59,911 nt of DNA. Source: Anaerolineae bacterium (lineage in GTDB: Bacteria; Chloroflexota; Anaerolineae; S140-20). The position numbers were made by a program, and so were the translations under genes. The notes under the pieces were generated by a model that did not search any database, was not told where the DNA came from, and worked only from the letters and a program-made list of their open reading frames with translations. The stretch lies in assembly GCA_027021705.1 (NCBI GenBank), contig JALUTT010000036.1, positions 1 to 59,911 of the forward strand, read 5' to 3'. The stretch's first letter is position 1; the number at the start of each line of letters is the position of its first letter. Positions 1 to 8,832 of this stretch are shown piece after piece.

Positions 1-60
1 CCCTTGCCCCTTGCTCCTTGCCCCTTGCCTCTTGTGGCTTGCAACTTGCCCCTTACCCCT
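1..60. repeat. Degenerate 7-mer tandem repeat (CCCTTGC-type) inside the NACHT-FGE coding sequence
   Basis: cccttgc cccttgc tccttgc cccttgc ctcttgt...; the same unit occurs at about 15100-15175 and 47820-47910. Confidence 0.8.
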
Positions 61-2663
61 TCCCTCCCCCCTCGCGCCGCCTTCTCCCATTCTGCCTCCG
101 AGGGCAGCGTGACCACCCATCCCTCCTCGCGCAGCAGCGTCCGCAGCGGCTCCGGCGTCCCCTCCCACTCCCGGAGCCGCTCCGTCAGCCAGTCGCAGTA
201 CGCAACCGCTTCGTACCAGGTGATGTACCGCACCGGATGGTTGTCGGGGGCACGCAGGCTGTCCTCGTCCTTTGGCTTGTGGCCGCTCGCCTCCACGAAG
301 GCCCGCCACTGGGCCACCGTCACCGGGTAGCGTCCGATGTAGTAGTCCGGCAGGCGGACCTCGTGCCGGGGCTTTTCGTCATCCCAGGCCATCTCGTCGT
401 CGTCGTCGCTGCCCATCAGGAAGGGGCCGGCAGGGATGTGCACGAAGCCCAGCAGGTCATCGTGGGGCAGGAACCAGGCGTCGGGGCGGAAGCGGGGGTC
501 GCCCAGGCGGGCCAGGGCGCGGCCGGCGGCGGCCCGCTCCACGGGGGGCAGGGCCGGGCGGCCCTCCAGCCCGTCCGCCCGCAGGACGTGGTAGGCCAGG
601 TGGTTCTGCACCCGCTCCCATTTGGGCCGGTTGCGCTCGCTTACCTGCTCCAGGTTCGCGCTCTCTGCCAACACCTGCCCGGCCAACAACGCGCCCCACA
701 CGTCTTCTATGGGCAGGATGCCATCTTGCTCCACGTCTCGGTAGCAGAGGGCCTCCACCAGCGCCCACAGGGCGAAGTCGCTGCCCCTGGCCGCCTTGGC
801 CCCGGCCAGGAGGGCCACCTCCCGCCAGCGGTTGGGGTCCTTCCGGGCCAGGTCGGCCACCTTCTCCGGGTAGTCGTGGTCGGTCAGGTGGCAGGCGGCC
901 AGGTATTCCTGGAAGGTGCGGTGGGGGAAGGTGTAGACCCCCACCCCGCGCGGCAAGAGCAGCCCGGCCCGCTGGCTCAGATACCCGGCCAACAAAGCCG
1001 GGTTGACCTCCGGGTTCCGGCTCAGGTGCATCAGCCCGCTCAGCAGCTCCCCCTCCGGCACGTCCGCCGTGCCCACCAGGTCCGGCTGGGATTGGTGTGC
1101 CTGGTAGGCCAGTGCGTTCAGCAGCGCCCGCACCTCCGCCCGGTCCACCCGCATCCACTCGGCCAGGCTGGGCTGCTGCATCACCACGTTGCCCGAGGCA
1201 TCCCGCACCACCTTGGGCCGTTCCCACCAGTCGAGCAGCAGGTCCACCGCGTCGGCGTACAGTTCCTCCCGCTTCTCCGGCAGGCTGCCGCCGCGCCAGG
1301 CGTGGAGGGAGGCCATCAGGGTGAGCAGCAAGGGCCGCTCGGCCAGGCCGTGCAGCCGGTCGCTTTTGAAGATGGCGTGCTTGAGCAATTCCGCCCGCCC
1401 CTGGGCGTCGTCGGGGTTGAGGCCGCGCAGTTGGCCGATGTGGGCGTACCAGCGGTCCACGAAACGGCGGATCTGCCCATCGCTGAAGGGGGCCAGCACC
1501 GCCACGTCGAACCCGTGCAGCCGCCAGTCCTGCCGCTGGTAGGCGTAGGTGCGGCTGGTGACCAGGATCCGGCAGCGGGGGAAGACGGCGGCGAAGTCCT
1601 CCACCGCCTGTTTGATCTGCTCCCGGCGGCGGTCCGCCTCCGGCACCTCGTCCAGCCCGTCCAAGAGGAGCAAGCCGCCCTGCTCCCGCAACTCGCGCTC
1701 CAGGTGGGGCGCGTACTCGTCCAGGGTGTGGGCTTCCAGTTCGGCGACGGTGAAGTCCCACAGGTGTTTGGCGGTGGCCCGCTCGCCGGCGGGGGGCAGG
1801 CCGCGGGCGGCGAAATCCCGCAGCACCACCCGCACCGGCAACAGCGGTCCGTGGGACCAGGGTTGGGGCTTTGGCTTCTCGTCCTCATCGTCGGCGGGCA
1901 GCGGCTCGGTGAGGCGTTTCAGGTTGGCCTCCTGTCGCCCCCGGGCTTCCCCGGCCAGGCAGAGGGCGACGAAGTTGACGAAGGTGGTCTTGCCGGAGCC
2001 GGGGTCGCCCAGCAGCACCAGTCGGCGGCTCCGGTCCAGGTGGGCCAGGGCGGAGAGCCGTCGTCCTTCGGGCCGGCCTGGGGCGCGACGCCCCGTTCCC
2101 TCCAACCCCTCTTGCTCCTCCGGCGTCAGGGTGAGCAGCGCGGTGTAGACCGCGCTCAGGTCGAGGCGGGCCTCGGCCTCGCTGGCCGCCTTGGGGTCTA
2201 TCCCGGCCAGGGAGAGGACGCCGGCGCTCTCGTAGACGTGGCTGAGGTAGGCGGTGCGCAGGTCGGCGGGGGAGGGGCCGGGGGGCGAGGGAGTGGGAGT
2301 GATGATGTCGCCGGTGATGATGACGCTATCGCGCACATCCCGTCCTACACCGACGCCGCGCTCGCCGGCCCTCACCTGCGGTTGCACAGCCTCCAGCAGC
2401 CGGGTCAACTCGGCCAGGAAGTCGGCGTCTCGCCGCAGCGCCTTCCTGAGCTGCGCTTCCAGGATCGCCCGGTTGTCCTCATCGAGGGGGTCGGCCTTGA
2501 GGTCTTCCAGGGCCTGGGCGGCCGGCCGGCCCCGGAACCGCCGTTCCAGGGCGGCGATGATGGCCTCTCCTGCCTCTTGCGCTGCCGCCTGGCTTCCCTC
2601 GGCCAGGTAGGGTGTGAGGAGAGCGACCACCGCTGCAGCGGTCTCGGTGATACGTGGATCCAT
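1..2663 (-). CDS. NACHT NTPase + FGE-sulfatase (SUMF1) domain protein, NLR-like; 3' end lies outside the window
   Basis: Absent from the ORF track because it has no stop in the window. My translation from ATG 2663 (MDPRITETAAAVV...) gives Walker A LLGDPGSGKTT, Walker B LLLLDGLDEV, VTSR, PLLL, FPHRTFQEYLAA, then FGE motifs IPAGPFLMGS, YPVTVAQW and LPSEAEWEKAARG. The + strand ORF 18..2666 is its antisense shadow. Confidence 0.93.
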   Translation of the reverse strand, partial: MDPRITETAAAVVALLTPYLAEGSQAAAQEAGEAIIAALERRFRGRPAAQALEDLKADPLDEDNRAILEAQLRKALRRDADFLAELTRLLEAVQPQVRAGERGVGVGRDVRDSVIITGDIITPTPSPPGPSPADLRTAYLSHVYESAGVLSLAGIDPKAASEAEARLDLSAVYTALLTLTPEEQEGLEGTGRRAPGRPEGRRLSALAHLDRSRRLVLLGDPGSGKTTFVNFVALCLAGEARGRQEANLKRLTEPLPADDEDEKPKPQPWSHGPLLPVRVVLRDFAARGLPPAGERATAKHLWDFTVAELEAHTLDEYAPHLERELREQGGLLLLDGLDEVPEADRRREQIKQAVEDFAAVFPRCRILVTSRTYAYQRQDWRLHGFDVAVLAPFSDGQIRRFVDRWYAHIGQLRGLNPDDAQGRAELLKHAIFKSDRLHGLAERPLLLTLMASLHAWRGGSLPEKREELYADAVDLLLDWWERPKVVRDASGNVVMQQPSLAEWMRVDRAEVRALLNALAYQAHQSQPDLVGTADVPEGELLSGLMHLSRNPEVNPALLAGYLSQRAGLLLPRGVGVYTFPHRTFQEYLAACHLTDHDYPEKVADLARKDPNRWREVALLAGAKAARGSDFALWALVEALCYRDVEQDGILPIEDVWGALLAGQVLAESANLEQVSERNRPKWERVQNHLAYHVLRADGLEGRPALPPVERAAAGRALARLGDPRFRPDAWFLPHDDLLGFVHIPAGPFLMGSDDDDEMAWDDEKPRHEVRLPDYYIGRYPVTVAQWRAFVEASGHKPKDEDSLRAPDNHPVRYITWYEAVAYCDWLTERLREWEGTPEPLRTLLREEGWVVTLPSEAEWEKAARGGREGVRGKLQATRGKGQGARGK

Positions 2664-2811
2664 TGACGCACCTCAGCACAGTCTGTACAAGCCCCCTGTG
2701 GGTACGAAACCCGCCCTACGGATGCCCTGAAACGCAGAGCCGCCGAGGGCGCAGAGGGATCTCCGGGTCCTCTCAGCTCAGTGGCCTCATCGTCCTCAGC
2801 GATTCAGGGAT

Positions 2812-4734
2812 TCAAGGACTCCTCATCACCAGGGGCAGGTAGACCTTGCGCAGCCAGAGCTCGTCGGCGCCGACGTCCGGGGCCGGTCCGGAGGGCCGCG
2901 CGTCGCCGTCCACGTCCGTCGTCACCCAGGGCACGAGGACCCCCGCGTCTATGGCCGGGGAGCCGTCGCGCAGGTGGTCGTCGGCGGTCAGCAGCGGGTC
3001 CTGGCCGGTGATGGGGTTCGTGTTGGTGATGGCCCCGGCCCCGCCGGTGTCGCCGTCGCTATTGGCGTAGAACAGGGTGTTGTAGAGGGTGGCCGTGCTG
3101 TTGGCCGTGGCGTAGACGCCGTAGGTGTGGCTGTAGATGAGGTTGTTGGTCAGCACCAGGGTGACGTAGGGGGCGTTCAGGTGGATGGCGATGCGTCCCT
3201 CGCCCTCGCCCCGGTCGTTGGCGGCGAAGGTGTTGTGGACCAGCGTGCCGGTGACCGGCTGCGTTGCGCCGGTCTCGAAAGCCACGCCACCCCCCGCCTG
3301 GGTCGCGTCGTTGTCGGCCACAATGTTGTTGGTCATCGTGAAAGCCGTCTTCCGGGAGAAGTAGAGGCCGCCACCCCTTCCCCAGGGCGCGTCGGTGGCG
3401 GTGTTGCCGATGATCCGGTTGGCCGCGACGAGCAGCCCCCGCGAAGCGTAGGCGTGGAAGCCGCCTCCGTAACCGTTCCCGTTGACGGAAGCCTGGTTCG
3501 CCTCGATGGTGTTGCCCAGGACAATGGCCTGTCCGCAACCGCTCAGAAAGACCCCTCCCCCGCTGCCGGTGTAGGGGATGCTGGCGGTGTTGGAGCGGAT
3601 GAGGTTGTCCCGGATGGAGAGGCTGTCGCTGTAGGAGCAGTAGAGGCCGCCGCCACGGTTGCTGGGGATGCCGACGGCACCCTGCTGGGCTATGTTGTAC
3701 TCCACCCGATTGCCGTTGACTATGACGTCGTCGCTTCCCATAACGGCGATGCCGCCGCCGTTGCCGCTCCCCCCGGTGATGATGGCGGTGTTGCTGAGCA
3801 CCACGTTGCCGCTGAGGACGACAGAGTGGCTTCCCACGTAAATGCCGCCTCCATACCCCATGCTGCTCCGGGTGCCGTCACCCTGCCTGATGGCGACGTT
3901 GTACGCCACCTGGTTGTCCTGCACGAGGGCATCTGCACTGACCCCTTCGACGGCAATGCCGCCGCCGTAGCCCCGGGTGCCGGAGAGGGTTGCCGTGTTG
4001 CTGAGGACTTCGTTGTTCACCACCTGCGCCTCGGCGGTCCCGACCAGGTCAATGCCCCCGCCGATCCCAAGGCCTTTCAGGTTGGCGGCGTTGGAGATCA
4101 CCCGGTTGCCGGTGATCACCACGGGCCCTTGGGGGGCCGTGAGGGCGATGCCGCCGCCCTTGCCGTTGGCGACGCCCGTGGAGGCGACGTTGCCGGTGAT
4201 GAGGTTGTTGGCGATGAGCGGGGTGGCGTAGAACCCGTAGATGCCGCCGCCTCGGTTGGCCTCTACGGGGGCGCCGGTGGCGTTGCCTCGGACGATGGTA
4301 AAGCCGTCCACGGTAGGTGTGATGGGGTTCAGCGATCCACCTTGGAGGCAGATCACCCGTCGCTGGTGCTCGCCGTCCAACACGGTGGGGTGGGCCTCCG
4401 GGTCGCGCACCACCGGCCCGGTGGGGGAGCCGTCCCAGCCGCCGTAGAGGGTGACGCTCTTGGTGAGGGTGATGACGGCGGCGCCGGTGCCGGTGTAGGT
4501 GCCCTCGGCCAGGTAGAGGGTATCGCCGTCGGTGGCCTGGGCCAGGGCGGTCTGGAGGCTACAGGGGGCGGCCTGGGAGCAGGCGGTGCCGCTGCCGCCG
4601 GGTGAGACGAACAGACTCCCGGAGGCGGCACGGGCCGTCCGGCGGGTCCCGTTCAGCAGCAGGAAGAGCCCGACCAGGGCCAGTCCGCCGACCATCAGAC
4701 CAAAAGCTACGCGCCTGTACCGATTGAGGGCCAT
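2812..4734 (-). CDS. Secreted right-handed parallel beta-helix protein with choice-of-anchor Q-like tail and C-terminal VYLPLVMR motif
   Basis: AAGGAG RBS before ATG 4734; N-terminal signal/TM segment; repeated N..A...GGGI turns; tail HLRDGSPAIDAG...D.DG..R....PDVGADE. The ORF-track extension to 5118 is repeat-derived. Confidence 0.88.
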   Translation of the reverse strand: MALNRYRRVAFGLMVGGLALVGLFLLLNGTRRTARAASGSLFVSPGGSGTACSQAAPCSLQTALAQATDGDTLYLAEGTYTGTGAAVITLTKSVTLYGGWDGSPTGPVVRDPEAHPTVLDGEHQRRVICLQGGSLNPITPTVDGFTIVRGNATGAPVEANRGGGIYGFYATPLIANNLITGNVASTGVANGKGGGIALTAPQGPVVITGNRVISNAANLKGLGIGGGIDLVGTAEAQVVNNEVLSNTATLSGTRGYGGGIAVEGVSADALVQDNQVAYNVAIRQGDGTRSSMGYGGGIYVGSHSVVLSGNVVLSNTAIITGGSGNGGGIAVMGSDDVIVNGNRVEYNIAQQGAVGIPSNRGGGLYCSYSDSLSIRDNLIRSNTASIPYTGSGGGVFLSGCGQAIVLGNTIEANQASVNGNGYGGGFHAYASRGLLVAANRIIGNTATDAPWGRGGGLYFSRKTAFTMTNNIVADNDATQAGGGVAFETGATQPVTGTLVHNTFAANDRGEGEGRIAIHLNAPYVTLVLTNNLIYSHTYGVYATANSTATLYNTLFYANSDGDTGGAGAITNTNPITGQDPLLTADDHLRDGSPAIDAGVLVPWVTTDVDGDARPSGPAPDVGADELWLRKVYLPLVMRSP

Positions 4735-4835
4735 CGTTCGCTCCTTTGTGTGCGTGCCGTTGTGAGAACGTGGAAGGCAGCCACAAGTGCTGCCCCTGCG
4801 GCGGGTTGCCTCATAGCCCTCGAAGGAGGCTTGCC

Positions 4836-4961
4836 GACTACGGACTACGGACTGCGGACCGTGGACTACGGACCGCGGACCGTGGACTGCGGACCGTGGA
4901 CTACGGACCGCGGACCGTGGACTGCGGACCGCGGACCGTGGACTACGGACTGCGGACTGCC
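4836..4961. repeat. 18 x 7-bp tandem repeat GAC(T/C)(A/G)(C/T)G overlapping the pyrE stop codon
   Basis: gactacg gactacg gactgcg gaccgtg gactacg gaccgcg... counted directly. Confidence 0.95.
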
Positions 4962-5557
4962 CACCGGCGCACCTCGTCCCGTTGGTCCGGCGTGATCGCC
5001 CCGGCCTCGGCCAGCAGGTCCAGCATCTCACTGAGCCGGAGGAGGCTGTGCAGCCGATACCCCCGTTGGGCCAGCGTCGCCTTGCCCCCCTGCTCCCGGT
5101 CCACCAGCACCACCACATCCTCGACGACCAGGCCGGCCCGTTCCAGGGTGGCTATGGCCTCCAGCTTGCTCTCCCCCTGGGTGATCAGGTCGTCCAGCAG
5201 CAGGACCCGCTCGCCGGCCTGGAAGTGGCCCTCGATGGGGCGCTCCGTCCCGTAGGGCTTCGTCTCCCGGCGGGGGTAGATCAGGGGGCGGTCCAGCGTC
5301 AGGGCCAGGGCCACACCGATGGGCAGGGCGGCGTAGGGGATGGCGGCCAGCCGGTCGAAGGTCAGCGCCGGGCGCCCTTCGTCGCCCCGGATGAGGCCGG
5401 CCAGGGCGTCGGCGACCGCCTGCAGCAGCCGGGGCTCCGAGATCAACAGCCGCAGGTCCAGGTAGATGGGCGAGATGAGGCCCGACTTGAGCCGGAAGCG
5501 CCCAAACTGAATGCAACCGATCCGGTGGAGGTCCAGGACAAGGGATTGGACGTTCAT
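4943..5557 (-). CDS. pyrE: Orotate phosphoribosyltransferase
   Basis: FGRFRLKSGLISPIYLDLR and PRPP-binding VLLLDDLITQGES; in operon with pyrB and pyrF; start MNVQSL follows an AAGGAG RBS. Confidence 0.95.
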   Translation of the reverse strand: MNVQSLVLDLHRIGCIQFGRFRLKSGLISPIYLDLRLLISEPRLLQAVADALAGLIRGDEGRPALTFDRLAAIPYAALPIGVALALTLDRPLIYPRRETKPYGTERPIEGHFQAGERVLLLDDLITQGESKLEAIATLERAGLVVEDVVVLVDREQGGKATLAQRGYRLHSLLRLSEMLDLLAEAGAITPDQRDEVRRWAVRSP

Positions 5558-5585
5558 CGGGCTCTCCTTGCGATTCCTACAGCGT

Positions 5586-6425
5586 CTACGCCGGGCCTTG
5601 CAGGGAGGCGATGGTCGCCCGGAGCCCTTCGGCGACGGTCCGGGCGGCCCGGGCGAAATCCTCCCCCGTCGAGGCGTAGAGGACGGCGCGGGAAACGTTG
5701 ACGATGGGGCCGATCCCCTCGTGGGTCGGCCCGAAGCGGACGGTCGCTTCCAGGTCGCCCCCCTGGGCGCCAACGCCCGGGATGAGGAAGGGGAGGGTGG
5801 GGGCGATCTGGCGCAGGCGGGCCAGGTCGGCGGGGTGGGTGGCGCCAACGACCAGCCCGCAGGTGCCCGGCCCCTCGGCCGCCCATCGGACCGCCTGCCG
5901 GGCGACCTGGAGGAAGAGGGGAACGGGAGGGCCGTCCTCCCCGGCCGGACTTCCCGCCAGGTCCTGGAACTCGCCGGCGCCCGGGTTCGAGGTGCGGGCC
6001 AGGACGAAGACGGCCCGGTCGGGATAGGCCAGGAAGGGGCGGACCGCCTCGCTCCCCACGTAGGGGCTGAGGGTCACGGCGTCGGCTCCCAGCGTCTCGA
6101 AGGCCCCTCGGGCGTAGGCCGCCGCCGTGTGGGCGATGTCTCCGAACTTCCCGTCCAGGATGACGGGGATGGGGTCGGGGATGTAGCGGATGATCCGCCG
6201 CAGGGCCTCCATGCCGGCGGTGCCCTCGGCCAGGAAGAAGCCCAGGTTGGGCTTGTAGGCGCAGACCAGGTCGGCCGTGGCGTCCACGATGGCCTTGAGG
6301 AAGGCGAAGAGGGGGGCCTCCTGTCGGCGCACCGAGGGGGGCAGCCGGTCCCCCACCGGGTCCAGCCCGACGCAGAGCCAGGAGCGGTTTTGCCGTTGAG
6401 CAGCGATCAGCTTCTCCAAAAACAT
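5586..6425 (-). CDS. pyrF: Orotidine-5'-phosphate decarboxylase
   Basis: LCVGLDP, YKPN, DGKFGDIAHT, LIPGVGAQGG motifs. Confidence 0.96.
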   Translation of the reverse strand: MFLEKLIAAQRQNRSWLCVGLDPVGDRLPPSVRRQEAPLFAFLKAIVDATADLVCAYKPNLGFFLAEGTAGMEALRRIIRYIPDPIPVILDGKFGDIAHTAAAYARGAFETLGADAVTLSPYVGSEAVRPFLAYPDRAVFVLARTSNPGAGEFQDLAGSPAGEDGPPVPLFLQVARQAVRWAAEGPGTCGLVVGATHPADLARLRQIAPTLPFLIPGVGAQGGDLEATVRFGPTHEGIGPIVNVSRAVLYASTGEDFARAARTVAEGLRATIASLQGPA

Positions 6426-6437
6426 CCGTGCACCTTG

Positions 6438-6465
6438 TGCAAATTGCAAATTGCAAATTGCAAAT
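6438..6465. repeat. 4 x TGCAAAT heptamer between pyrB and pyrF
   Basis: tgcaaat tgcaaat tgcaaat tgcaaat. Confidence 0.9.
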
Positions 6466-6469
6466 GCCA

Positions 6470-7405
6470 CTACGACACGGCGTCCAGGACGAGGGCGAGG
6501 AGGGCCATACGGACGGGCACGCCGTTGTGGGCCTGGCGGAAGTAGGCCGCGTTGGGCAGCGGGTCCACGTCGCGGGCGATCTCGTCCACCCGGGGCAGGG
6601 GGTGCATAATGGTGATGCCCGGCTTGGCCGCCTCGACCAGCGCCCGGTCCACGACGTAGCTCCCTCGGAGGGCCCGGTACTCGTCGGGGTCGGCGAAGCG
6701 CTCCTTCTGGATGCGGGTGACGTAGAGGACGTCGCAGACCTGGGCGGCTGCCCGGAGGTCGGTCGTCTCGTGGACGGTGCAGCCCTGCTCCCGCAGCGCA
6801 GCGGTGATCTCGGCCGGCATCGCCAGCGAGGGCGGGGCGACGAAGGTCATCGTCACCGACCAGTGGGCCAGGGCGCGGGCCAGGGAGTGGACGGTGCGCC
6901 CGTACTTCAGGTCGCCGACCAGCCCCACGTGGAGGCCGTCCAGCCGCCCCTTCTCCCGGCGGATGGTGTAGAGGTCCAGGAGGGCCTGGGTGGGGTGTTC
7001 GCCGGCCCCATCGCCGGCGTTGATGACCGGCACGTCGGCGGCGTCGGCGGCCTCCTGGGCCGAGCCGATGGCGGGGTGGCGCTGGACGATGACGTCGGCG
7101 TAGCCGGCGACGACGCGGGCGGCGTCGGCGACCGTCTCCCCCTTGGCGGCGGAGGAGCTGAGCCGGCCCTGGGCGACGCTGATGACCGCCCCGCCCAGCC
7201 GGTGCATCGCGCTCTCGAAGCTGAGGCGGGTGCGGGTGCTGGGTTCGTAGAAGAGGGTGGCCAGGATGCGCCCGGACAGCAGGTCCAGCCGCTGCCCTTG
7301 GGCCAGGGCCTGGGCGAAGCGGGCGGCCTGGTCCAGCACCTGCTCCATCTCCTCCTTGGTCAGGTCGGTGATGCTCAGGATGTCACGGCCGGCGAGAGGG
7401 TTCAT
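6470..7405 (-). CDS. pyrB: Aspartate carbamoyltransferase catalytic subunit
   Basis: FYEPSTRTRLSF, INAGDG..EHPTQALLD, GDLKYGRTVHS, MHPLPRVDEI. Confidence 0.98.
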   Translation of the reverse strand: MNPLAGRDILSITDLTKEEMEQVLDQAARFAQALAQGQRLDLLSGRILATLFYEPSTRTRLSFESAMHRLGGAVISVAQGRLSSSAAKGETVADAARVVAGYADVIVQRHPAIGSAQEAADAADVPVINAGDGAGEHPTQALLDLYTIRREKGRLDGLHVGLVGDLKYGRTVHSLARALAHWSVTMTFVAPPSLAMPAEITAALREQGCTVHETTDLRAAAQVCDVLYVTRIQKERFADPDEYRALRGSYVVDRALVEAAKPGITIMHPLPRVDEIARDVDPLPNAAYFRQAHNGVPVRMALLALVLDAVS

Positions 7406-7434
7406 CGGGCACCTCGTAAAGCGTAGTCAGCTTG

Positions 7435-7529
7435 CCCTCCCGCAGGTCCCCGGTCGAGGGCGCTTTCAGCCCCGGTGGGCTATTGGAAGCACGGTTTCGC
7501 GTCGGAAACGCGCCTAACCTGCGGGAGGG
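7435..7529. repeat. REP-like element with terminal inverted repeats CCCTCCCGCAGGT / ACCTGCGGGAGGG
   Basis: 13-bp perfect IR; related copies at 29045-29141 and 44688-44721. Confidence 0.8.
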
Positions 7530-7536
7530 TGAACCG

Positions 7537-7689
7537 TTACGTTGTGAGGAGGGTGGCGCAAAAAAAGACCTTTGGGCGTCCCCAAAGGTCTGGAGCATAG
7601 CCATAGGTCAGGGCTTGGGAGAAGGGAACAGCCACCGGTGCTGTTCCTGCTCGCAGAACCCGGGCCGGTTGTCGCGTCGGAGTGCTCAA
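7537..7689 (-). CDS. Putative pyr operon leader peptide (50 aa, PyrL-like)
   Basis: AGGAGG 9 nt upstream of TTG 7689; MSTPTRQPARVLRAGTAPVAVPFSQALTYGYAPDLWGRPKVFFCATLLTT*; reads through the terminator at 7560-7591. Confidence 0.6.
   Translation of the reverse strand: MSTPTRQPARVLRAGTAPVAVPFSQALTYGYAPDLWGRPKVFFCATLLTT
7560..7591 (-). terminator. Intrinsic terminator/attenuator upstream of pyrB
   Basis: AGACCTTTGGG-GACG-CCCAAAGGTCT followed by a T run on the minus strand. Confidence 0.85.
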
Positions 7690-7739
7690 GGTCGGAATCC
7701 TCCTGCGTGGCCGGAAGCCTCCGGCGATCTGGCGCGGGA

Positions 7740-7768
7740 AGTATACCGCAAAGGGGGGGAGGTGTCAA
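7740..7768 (-). promoter_or_regulatory. Sigma70 promoter of the pyr operon
   Basis: TTGACA-17 nt-TATACT. Confidence 0.8.
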
Positions 7769-7801
7769 CCGGGGGAGGGTGCGGGATGGAGGCCACTCTG
7801 C

Positions 7802-7845
7802 TTGACATCGGCGCAAAAAGAGGGTACATTACAGGGTACATTACA
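7802..7845 (+). promoter_or_regulatory. Divergent sigma70 promoter with a tandem 12-bp repeat over the -10
   Basis: TTGACA-17 nt-TACATT; AGGGTACATTAC x2. Confidence 0.6.
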
Positions 7846-7912
7846 AGGAGCGGGACCAAAATGTGTTGGAGGCGGTAGAAGCGCAACGCCCCTGCATCTT
7901 TCCCCCAACAGT

Positions 7913-8325
7913 CTCCGGCCACGGCGAGAGACACAAAGGACACCAAGAGTTCAAAGAGCACGAAGCGGTGCGAAGGTCTGGACAAGCCCTCTTGGGAGCA
8001 CCACCCCATCCGTTCCCAATCCGTTGACGGCTCGTCCGCTCCGGCCACGGCGAGAGACACAAAGGACACCAAGAGTTCAAAGAGCACGAAGCGGTGCGAA
8101 GGTCTGGACAAGCCCTCTTGGGAGCACCACCCCATCCGTTCCAAATCCGTTCAATCCGTTCCCAATCCGTTGACAGCTCGTCCGCTCCGGCCACGGCGAG
8201 AGACACAAAGGACACCAAGAGCTCAAAGAGCACAAAGCGGTGCGAAGGTCTGGACAAGCCCTCTTGGGAGCATCAGCCCCCCATCCGTTCAATCCGTTCC
8301 CCAATCCGTTGACAGCTTGTCCGTC
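7913..8325. repeat. Three near-identical 126-146 bp tandem repeats
   Basis: Units start at 7913, 8039 and 8185 (CTCCGGCCACGGCGAGAGACACAAAGGACACCAAGAG...GGGAGCA...ATCCGTTGAC); partial inverted copy at about 8549-8592. Confidence 0.92.
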
Positions 8326-8343
8326 CGCCAACCAAGCCCTCAG

Positions 8344-8484
8344 AATCACTGAGGCACTGAAGGAGGTGAAGACACTGAACCTTGGGCAAGGGCGGCCCAG
8401 GTCGTCGGCGGGGCCGTGACCTGACGGCGGGGAGGGGGCGCACAACTCCTCAGTGAACTCATTTCTTTCAGTTGCTCAGTGATT
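8344..8484. repeat. REP-like palindromic element
   Basis: AATCACTGAG-GCACTGAA ... TTCAGTTG-CTCAGTGATT inverted arms. Confidence 0.6.
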
Positions 8485-8832
8485 CAACAGCTTTTGGTCA
8501 CGCTCTTCTCAAATCCGCTGACAGCCGTCCGTTCCCAAGCGGACTGCTATCAACGGATTAGGAAAGCGGATTGAACGGAGAGGAGTGCTCCCAGGATCAG
8601 GCAATCTCGAAGCGCTCCCTGTGGAAGTGGTATACCTGCTTGGCTCACGCTCAGGTGCCCTGGAGGCAGTAACCTGTTTGTAACGGGACTGTTACCCTGT
8701 GGGGTGGCCCTTGTGCTATGATGGAGGTGTCTTCTCTGTCAAGAGGGGTGAACAGTCATAACGTGCACAGCAACCTGGCCGGGTTAGGCCCCTCAGTGGG
8801 CGGCCGGGTGCTCAATGGCAGGGAGGGGGCAA

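Noticed and set aside
1..500. Diversity-generating retroelement target (FGE/CLec fold)
   Set aside because: No reverse transcriptase or template repeat in the window, and the variable region would lie outside it
18..2666. 882-aa + strand ORF, and similar long antisense ORFs (2974-4605, 11501-13357, 15207-17147, 24991-26916)
   Set aside because: Shadow ORFs of real genes in high-GC DNA
7560..7735. PyrR-binding leader, SRP/6S RNA or known riboswitch
   Set aside because: No PyrR loop consensus, no SRP core and no end-to-end pairing; the leader-peptide model fits better
7913..8325. Possible CRISPR array
   Set aside because: Whole units are near-identical, with no unique spacers and no cas genes
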